Shown: in pieces, positions 54,802 through 64,000 of the stretch
How positions within the stretch are numbered: the first letter of the stretch is position 1
How the letters are laid out: the number at the start of each line of letters is the position of its first letter
The notes under the pieces: generated by a model
The model's input: the letters and a program-made list of their open reading frames with translations, nothing else
The model's database searches: none
Told to the model about the DNA's origin: nothing
Translations under genes and position numbers: made by a program
Assembly: GCA_012295275.1 (NCBI GenBank)
Contig: CM022667.1
Span: forward strand, 17,980,001-18,044,000
Length of the DNA: 64,000 nt
Source: Chrysomallon squamiferum
Lineage: Eukaryota; Animalia; Mollusca
Direction of reading: 5' to 3'

Positions 54802-57752
54802 AATTGACAACTTGGTAAATAATTTCAATAGTTCACATATTGTAACTATGGTAAGTGAATGACATTGTTTAACAGCAGTTAACCTATGTTCTTAAAGAGT
54901 ACCTTTGGTTTGAATAAATTGAGTAATAATTAGGATTTTGATTATTATAATTCAAATATTTTTTGACTGATTGATAATTTTCAGTTTTTAAATCATTTTA
55001 CAAATTTCATTTTGCTACTTTCAGATGTAATTCTAGGATCCATGTAAGAAGACCCCAAAACAGCCGTGACCTGGCTCAAAGATGTTTGTCATGGTGTACT
55101 TGATGTCTGCTGCTTTATATTTTGCTACTGGCCTTTCATTAATGGCATTGATTTTATCATTTGTGACACCATACAGATAAGATTGTTGTATTCATTTGCC
55201 TTTTTTACCCTTGTTTTTAGGCTGTTCATATTTTATTTCCCCACATGATCTTTCGAAAAATGCAGTCTGTGTATGATATTTGTTGCAGCCTGTAGAAGAC
55301 ATTTTTGTAGATCATTTATAAAATAGTTAGAATTTAAAATTATGAAATAATGACTGTCTTATCAACTATAGAATTAAGGTAAGAATAATTTTTTTTTTTT
55401 TTAAATCACTTTGGGCTTGTTGAACACTTGAAAAAGTGTGAAATATTAGAAAAATCTGTTAAAAAAATAGCTCAGTTGCCATCATTTCATATTGAACCCA
55501 GAATGCTTAGATTGTTTCAAATGGTAACATTTTTTTTTTTTTTTAGTTATTATATTATCAAATTAGTTGGAGATGCCTTTAATGACATCAGAAATTTATC
55601 TCCTTGTGCTTTATGTTCATATCCAATCTCACTCTCCCAATTAGTTTATGCCTAGATTAATGATGTTTAGAACAAACAGCACTGTTTCTGTTTGACTTGG
55701 GAATACAGGGTCAAGACATACAAAAGATTTTGATACCCATTAAAAATGATAAAGATATTCAATGGAAGTGAATTTATTAATTATTTTTTTTAAATTAATG
55801 AAAGTGTAGTAAACACTGATATAATTCTTGAAAACAGTTTGATTAGTCAAAATATTATTTTACTTAAATGGGTAACCAGTTATCATCCAAAATCCTGTTG
55901 TTGTTTTCTTAACAACAGTATCTACAGATAGTCTCTGTAATGCTACCAGAATGCACTTTAGTGGTCCCCAATATCAATTTCAACTCTATATGTAGCATAC
56001 TTAGTGGTGTATTTATCATGTTGTGAAGAGGTGCAATAAAACAAGAGTAGAGCAAAAGTAGGTGATTAGTTTTATATAGTGAAGAGTATATTGGAGTAGA
56101 TGTTAGTTAAGTAGATTTACTGTTTGTCCATGTAACTGTGACCATAAAAATATATATATGGATAATTGTTATAAAACAGTTTCTCTAAACAAGACTTTTT
56201 TAAGGTTTAATTTAATATTTTCCATTATATATAATTATTAAGTCATAAAGAAAATGGTCTTTGACATTTGTAATGTAATCTTGTTTTTGTCATTCATTTA
56301 TGTTAAACGGTACTTTTAGATCACGACATCACAAAAATAATTTCAAACTAATAATAATAAAAAAGGTATCCTATAAATTAATTCTACAGATGACAAGAGA
56401 ATTGGTTTTGAAATTTTCTAATGCAGTGATTCACTTTTAAAATGAAGGAAAGATGTAAATGTTTAAAATAATCATTTCAACTGATTAAAGAATGCTTCAA
56501 CAACATATGTAAATGTATACAGGTTGTATATTTGTTAGTTGTTGTTGTTTACATTTATAAACTCAAAGTTAGTCAACACAAAAATATTTATAGATTACAT
56601 GACTTGTAACATGTTTAACAAGACTTGTTATTGTAAAGATTTTAAATTAACAGATATTACTTTTTTTAATTTTGTTTAAGGAAGTTATTTTTAAAGCAGA
56701 TATTACATCCAGTTGAAGGCAGAAAATGAAGACAAATGTAACATTAGTATATCTAAAACTGTAAAGAAAGTACAAAGACTATCAAACTATGTTGTTTTTG
56801 TTACCAGATCATACAATTTAAATTCGATACTTAAGTTGCCAAATTTTTGAAGAAATAACAAAATGTTACATCCACGTTTTATATAGATGTCATAATTTCA
56901 TATATTTTTATATTTTATAATTAAATTTTATTAATACTACAGATCATTTCAATTAGCTGTGTTAAATGCAAAAAGGAAAATATCTTCATTGCAGCACAAA
57001 TTCATAAATTAAATGTTTTGAAGTAATTATTCAATATAATAAATTATTTGTTAAGCACTGGTTAAACTGTATTATTTACATCAAAGTGGTCAGTTCTGAT
57101 GAATCTTTGTATTCAGATTTTCATTAAAATTGTTTACACTTAATGAAAAGTAAAATATATTAGTGAGTCTTGCGAGTCTTTCAAGGCTTTTCAGAAAAAA
57201 TCCAAAATGTTGAAATAAAATAAACATAATCCTTTATTTTTTGTTTGTGACCTTTTATTTAATTGTATATTTCATATGTGCATCTAGTGCAATATTGTTA
57301 TTGTTTTTTGATTGAGAGTTTAAGAAAAAAGTTTGTCATAAATATTTAATCTATATACAAATTATATGTAAAAAAAATATATATATATTAATCTAGTATT
57401 GGTATGATGTTTAGAATCTAGCTAATAAACTTAATAAAACACTCCCACTTAGTTGAATTTTTTTTTTTTTTAATTATCTTAGTTGTGATTATAAATCAAT
57501 GTTAATGAGAAAAACAGTTTCTTCATTTAACCTTAGTAAATCCTTAAGTGATTTCACTTTTCTCCTTGACAGTTATTTAACAAAACTATTCAACTATTAA
57601 AAATTATTTCTTGCATGAATCACATTAACATTAAAAGAAAACAAGTAATTAAACCACATAAATGTAATCAATAATTTACTGAAAAATGCCGATACAGGTT
57701 TCACAGTTTTATGCAGTATTAGTCTAAACTATAGAACTCTTGTTCAGTGTTG

Positions 57753-60700
57753 TTACAGTCCAATCGTGTAAGATCTTCCTTTTGGATTATGTAGTGGTAA
57801 AACAACAGGTTCTCGCACAGTCCACTCATACCATACATTTTTGTCTGTACATAGCCGCCACATGTCAAACACAATATCCTCACCAGCTTTAAGAAATAGT
57901 GGTGCCTATAAAGACATAAGTAAAAACTAATTTAAATATTAGAAATTTTGTAACCTTAAACATGACATGTATTGTTAATTATATATTAATAAGATAAGAA
58001 AAACAACTGCTTTAAAAAAAAAAAACATGGCACAAGTTTCTCCATCACATATACACAGCAATATTTTAATTATAATTAACAAAACATTATTACATATTTT
58101 AAAATCTATTATTAAAAATTTAAATTTTATTTTACACTGAACATAAGGAAAACATTTATTCCAAGTTATAGGTTTATACTTTTTTTTTTTTTTTTAATTA
58201 CAATTATTCTTGGTCACTATTTTAACACATTAGTTAAATTAGTATCTGATCCAAGAATTAATGACATGATAATTACAATTGAGTTTTGTTTTTCACTTAC
58301 TCTGATTGGAAAAAGAACAGGAAACCAGCTGAACATGCCTGGAGAATGAGTCTCAGGTAAAATACCTGTTTAAAAATAATTAAAAGAAAGAGTAACTAAA
58401 TAAATCAAATATTAAAAAAATTGTTTTATTTCAAAATATGAATGTGTGAATGATTGTTTGAAACCACAGCACACACAAAAAGGTTATATGGCTAGTGGAT
58501 GTAATTCTACATTATATATATTTATTTAAATCAATGAAAAACTTATTTAAAAAATCTGAAATAATAAATTAATATTAACATGAAATATTGTGTTGTTTGT
58601 GGTTGAATTTTATGGAGATTCATTATAAAGTAATTCCAAAGAATATAACAAAAGCATTAAAAAATGTTTTTAATGTACAGCACTATGAATATTTCATTAC
58701 AAATGATCTAAACATACTTACTCAGCATGACATCTCTGTACAGAATTGCTTCAAAATATCCAGCAAAGCCATGCAGCACACAATTGTTGTTCACTTTAAA
58801 CTCCAGAGTGGTAAAGCGGCTGTTGTCTATCACTTCATCTAAAAAGAAGTTAAAACAGAAAAATAAATTTATTTTAGCAACTCAGTTGAAAATAAATATA
58901 TCAATAGTAATATCTGATGATGATTATTTGTTATTGATGTTATTATGCTGACTGGAAAATGATTATTAATAGTAATATATTGATTTGAAAACAAAAACAT
59001 CAATAGTGGGATCTGCTTATTGTATTTATTATTATCTATTATTCTGTATGATTTTATAATTTATGGAAATGAAACTGTTACAGAACTGTTTTAATTTGTT
59101 TCTGATTGAAGTAAATTTTGATTATTGTAATAAAAAGGTAACCTTTATGAAAATTTTGTAAGGAAGCATAACAACAAACAAATAAATATCTTGCAGTTTA
59201 TTTAGCAAACATTTTCTCAAAGATGGTAATAATATACTTTCAATCTGCTATCATAATAGCTAAAAAACAAATAATTAAACTTTTCTGAAAGTCAATCTTT
59301 TCTCAAGTATATCTGCATATACAAACCTCGATTGGGATGTCTGAATGTGAAAACTTTCTTTGCACTTGTTAACACTTGACAGTTATGAAGATGTACCACA
59401 TAGGGCATCTCAAATGGAGCCTAAATATGAGAAGCAAATATCCTTTGAATACAAGATTATTTAACATAATTGTGAAAAGTGGTTTATGTGAAAGAACAAA
59501 GGAGACTTGTTTTCAAATTTGTATTTACTTAAAAATAAAAAAAAATAACCAAAGAAATAAAAAGAACCTATAAAAATAATTAAATATGATTCAGTAATGA
59601 AATACTATTCCTAACCTCAGGTCCCTTATCTTTGTCAGTCTTGCAACCACGAACTTCATTATACAGCTTCACTGATTGTATAGGTGCCAAATATGATGTG
59701 TACTCACAAGGTATGTTGATTCCATCATCTACAAAATATGTTTTTAAATAATATACAATACAGTCTACTAAATAACTGAAATAAAATGCTAAAATCCACA
59801 CATCTTTATACTAGTCATTGTGAATGTTACTTTTAATCAAAGTAGTGAAACTATGAAATAATAAAACTTAATAACTTCCTTTACATTTGAAAATAATTAA
59901 AAGCTGACATAACCATAATTACATTGCTAACAATGATCAGGCATCTTTAACAAAGAACTATCTATTTACAAGTGATTAACCTTTGAGGAATCTCTGGGCA
60001 CCATCCAGACATTCAGGTGACAGCTCATTATCACCAAACGACCCCAGCAATTCACTGATGAGAATGTCAGTTTTCTCAGGAGCATCCCACAGTCGCATGT
60101 CACTTGATACTATCTCCACCTGGTCTCCCCACATTTCATCTTTCAGATTCTCTAAACTGTGAAGTAGATAATGTAATATTATTGTGAAACATTTATTTAT
60201 CTCTCTCTCTCTCTCTCTCATGATTTAAATTAAATAATAGATAGAAAGTAATTATGCATGGATATTTGTTTTAACATACACTTATATGACTTAGGAAACT
60301 GTTATGACAACATCATGTTTTGTTCTTAGTGACTGGAAACAAAGGAGGAGTTTTGTGACACCAGTTATAATGAACTTCTGAACTATATAGCAGCCTAGCC
60401 AAGCAAAGATAAATCTAATCTTTTGTTTCACTGATAAAAGTTATTAATACTAGTGTAATTTTAAAATAAGATGTTATGATGCCTAAAATTGGAAAATATT
60501 TCTTGCTAACTGCTGAAAACACAGAAAAAATAATTAACCCCTTGATAGCATTGATAGAAAACTGCTATAAATTTTCCTCAGATACAATAAATGTAGTGAA
60601 AACTTACGTTACAATAGCATTTGGGTTTTTCTCAACTGCATACAATTTTCTGATTTTACGATCAGCCTGCTGGGCAGCAGCAAGCGCAGCACGCACAAGC

Positions 60701-61600
60701 GGACCGCGTCCTGCACCCACCACCATCACAACACTAGAACACATTTACATCAACACTTCAGTACAACAAAGATTTTAATAATTTACTAACACAAGATAAA
60801 CAGACAGAAAAAGTAACTGTAATAACTGTCACATTTTATTTTGTTTCTGAGGTTCATAACACATGAATCTTTTCCTACACTATATCCTATCCTATCTTTG
60901 ACTATTTTGTCATGTTTGGAAATATTTTTCAAATAAAACAGACCATTTTATTAAAGAAATTTTCTTTCCTTCAATGAGGAAAACCAGAATTTTATTTTTA
61001 TTATAATATTAATTATATTAACTTTAAAGTAATTAGGTTATACATTTCATATAAATAATGTTAAACTTACTATAAGGAGAATAAATGAAACCAGTAAACT
61101 TACAGTTCTTTTGTATCTTTTTCCTCAGGTTTTACTTTATCAAGCAGAGCAAAATAGATTGCCTGAAAAAAAGATGTAATTCTGAATAAAACACAGGTCT
61201 AAACAAAATAACAACAAAAAATATATGTCATTTATCCAATAAAAATAAAATAATTTAAATTAATAGTGATATAACAATTACCATTTTAATTTTAAAATAC
61301 ATTTAATAGTATTTTTTCCTAATTTTTACTTTTAAAATAACTATGCATGTATGTATACATATATATATACAAACACACACACAAATATAAGGTATATGTA
61401 TTATTTATATATGTATGTATGTAAGTGAACACACACATATATACAAACACATACACAAATATAAAATAATATTTTCAAATATTACTCACAATTATTTTAG
61501 TAACTGGGTTTAGAAATCTAACCTTTTGATACTGTGAATATTTCACTGGGTCCTTTTCAAATATTTCATATGTTTGTGATTCAAGGTTGTCCATCAATGG
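57753..61600 (-). CDS. PRMT5: Protein arginine N-methyltransferase 5; last 9 coding exons, 5' part beyond the right edge
   Basis: Exons: 61523-61600, 61104-61162, 60608-60733, 59981-60156, 59616-59728, 59327-59420, 58722-58838, 58301-58365, 57753-57905. Motifs: [79 protein letters not shown] and [12 protein letters not shown]-stop. Confidence 0.97.
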
Positions 61601-61617
61601 CTGAAAAAGAATTATAA

Positions 61618-64000
61618 GGGTCATTCCATGTCAAATCACCCCCCCAAAAAAAGAAATTTAAGCCCGACCATCTCAGATTTTTATAAAACTTGGTATACTT
61701 GTTGATTGCGATCCCATAGCACCCAATCTGAAATTTTAGCCCAATCGGACCAGTGGTGTGGGAGATATGGCCCACCGAATTTTGAGATTTTTGACAAAAA
61801 TGGGCGTGACCACCAAACTTTGAACCCACATATCTCAGGAACTACTGGGCCAATCTTCATAAAATTGGTATTGTTGAAAAGGCAATATGACAAGGATTCC
61901 AATGCCATTTTTGTTCAGTTTGGAAAATATTGAGGTACATTTACCTTTTGCTATGACCTTGAAATTGACCGTGTGGATCAGGTGACCTTGAGATGACATT
62001 TATTTAAATTTAATCTCCCACATGTTAACTAAAACATATAAAAGTTTCCTGGGTGTAATATTTTTTGTTTAGCCACAATATAGATTTTAAAAATGCACAT
62101 GCATGAAAATAACACCTTTTCAGCCATCAACATCTGATTAACTAAAACCTGAATGATCAATTCTGGATGCTAGGAATCACCATCTTTCTTGATCATCGAG
62201 TAAGACATTGTAGCCTACATGTATGCATAAAGTTCACATAAATTTGAGAGAACTAGGTGTTTCTGATGCTTAACCTTCTCACCATCTGTTTCAAATGCTC
62301 ACTGTATCCTTCATTCCCAGACATATTCTACTTTTCTCATCACTTTCATAAAAGTGGATTATTTCCTCCTTCAATTTATTTGACAGAACTTTCCCTTGTT
62401 TCTTATCACAGAGGGATAGAATCACTTTCTCTTTCTTCACCACACAGCTTTTTTTCATAAGGTTATTCGTTGTTTCAAATTCATTCATTGTCCTTTCAAT
62501 GGTAAAGAGTGACAAGTCAAGATTTGCACACGCTCTGGGTAGGATTCAGACTTCTTGAATTTCTCTTTCCTCCAACATGTTCCTGAACTTGTACAGCATC
62601 ATTCAGAAGATGAAGCTGACATTTATTTTATAAATGAACTATCTCTTTTGTTCGATTGATCTTTCTCTTTCTATATGCATCTGACTATGTAAATGAGTAT
62701 ATCTTTCAAATTTTTATTTTATTTTTTTTATTTTATAATTATTGCTATTGTTATTGCTGTTATTATTAGTTTTGTTATTATTATTGTTGTATTTTGTTGT
62801 TGTTGTTGTTGTTGTTTTTATTATTGCTAAAATTATACACCTATCCTATAGATTTAACTCTCCAACTTCCCTCTCTCAGATTTTTCTACAACTTTCTAAC
62901 AATTATCTATCAATTAACCAAGATCAACAGAGTAATTCTCTTATAAAACCTTAAAAAATTATGTTGCATTTTGAATAAAATAAAAATAAACAGTAATAAC
63001 AAACAATAATAAAATACTGTACATTAACAAGAGTAGGAATAATCCTGGAAGAAAAAAAAAATCACTTATAAAAACTGAATATGTCTTTTAAAAACAAACA
63101 GTAATAAGAAAATCAAATATAATGAAAGAATAATTCCTGCTAAAGCTTAAAGATCTGAGAAAAACAGATTTCAATATTTCTGGTCCATTTAATTAAGCAA
63201 TGGCTTAGTTTGGTTTAGACAATAATAATTAACAGGGATTTAAAAACAAGAAAATTAATAAGCAATTGATAAGAAACAAGGGAAAGTTCTGTCAAATGAA
63301 TTGAAGGAGGAAATAGTCCAGTTTTATGAAAGTGATGAGAAAAGTAGAATATGTCTGGGAATGAAGGATACAGTGAGCATTTGAAACAGATGGTGAGAAG
63401 GTTAAGCATCAGAAACACCTAGTTCTCTCAAATTTATGTGAACTTTATGCATACATGTAGGCCTACAATGTCTTACTTGGTGATAAAAAGAGATGGTGAT
63501 TCCTAGCATCCAGAATTGATCATTCAGGTTTTAGTTAATCAGATGTTAATGGCTGAAAAGGTGTTATTTTTCATGTATGTGCATTTTTTAAATCTATATT
63601 GTGGCTAAACAAAAAATATTACACCCAGAAAACTTATATGTTTTAGTTAACATGTGGGAGATTAAATTTAAATAAATGTCACGTGATCCACATGGTCAAT
63701 CTCAAGGTCAAAAGGTAAATGTACCCCAATATTTTCCAAACTGAACAAAAATGGCATTGGAATCCTTGTCATACTGCCTTTTCAACAGTACCAATTTTAT
63801 GAAGATTGGCCCAGTAGTTCCTGAGATATGAGGGTTCAAAGGTTGGTGGCCATGCCCATTTTTGCCAAAAATCTCAAAATTCGATGGGCATTATCTCCCA
63901 CACCACTGGTCCGATTGGGCTAATATTTCAGATTTGGTGCTGTGGGATCCCAGACAACAAGAATATCAAGTTTGATAAAAATCTGAGATGGTCGGGTTTA
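61618..64000. mobile_element. Fold-back DNA transposon with ~750-790 bp inverted arms and a transposase remnant (Sola2-like), in a PRMT5 intron; right end just outside the window
   Basis: Begins GGGTCATTCCATGTCAAATCAC. About 61660-62408 is the reverse complement of 63267-64000. The arms carry EEIIHFYESDEKSRICLGMKDTVS / ETDGEKVKHQKHLVLSNLCELY, a motif I associate with Sola2-type transposases. GRG termini and very long TIRs also fit Sola2. The superfamily call is from memory, not from a search. Confidence 0.8.

Noticed and set aside
60476-60778. 100-aa plus-strand ORF
   Set aside because: Antisense to a PRMT5 coding exon.

Overview
AT-rich, intron-containing animal genomic DNA. The LBP/BPI motifs, the repeats and the compact introns suggest a mollusc, possibly a cephalopod; this is inference only. 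Reading splice sites by hand gives six gene models: BBS4 (minus strand, 3' end outside the window); an unnamed ~720-740 aa ankyrin-repeat gene (plus strand, all introns phase 0, ending in a CaaX box); two near-identical 15-exon LBP/BPI genes (minus strand); a VAT-1-like medium-chain reductase (plus strand); and the 3' half of PRMT5 (minus strand). The two LBP/BPI genes come from a recent ~11.2-11.7 kb tandem duplication that also copied the ankyrin gene's last exon. Mobile DNA includes a long fold-back element with a Sola2-like transposase remnant in a PRMT5 intron, a rearranged relative in an ankyrin-gene intron, a deleted Tigger/pogo element and hAT remnants. The most interesting signals are: the duplication junction, which leaves an orphan CaaX exon; four coding differences between the LBP/BPI copies, all non-synonymous and all in the N-terminal domain; a non-cationic LPS-binding tip; and a ~750 bp intronic inverted repeat whose terminus may supply a branch point. 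I found no clear evidence of a wholly new biological system. Most short ORFs in the supplied track are spurious or are single exons.
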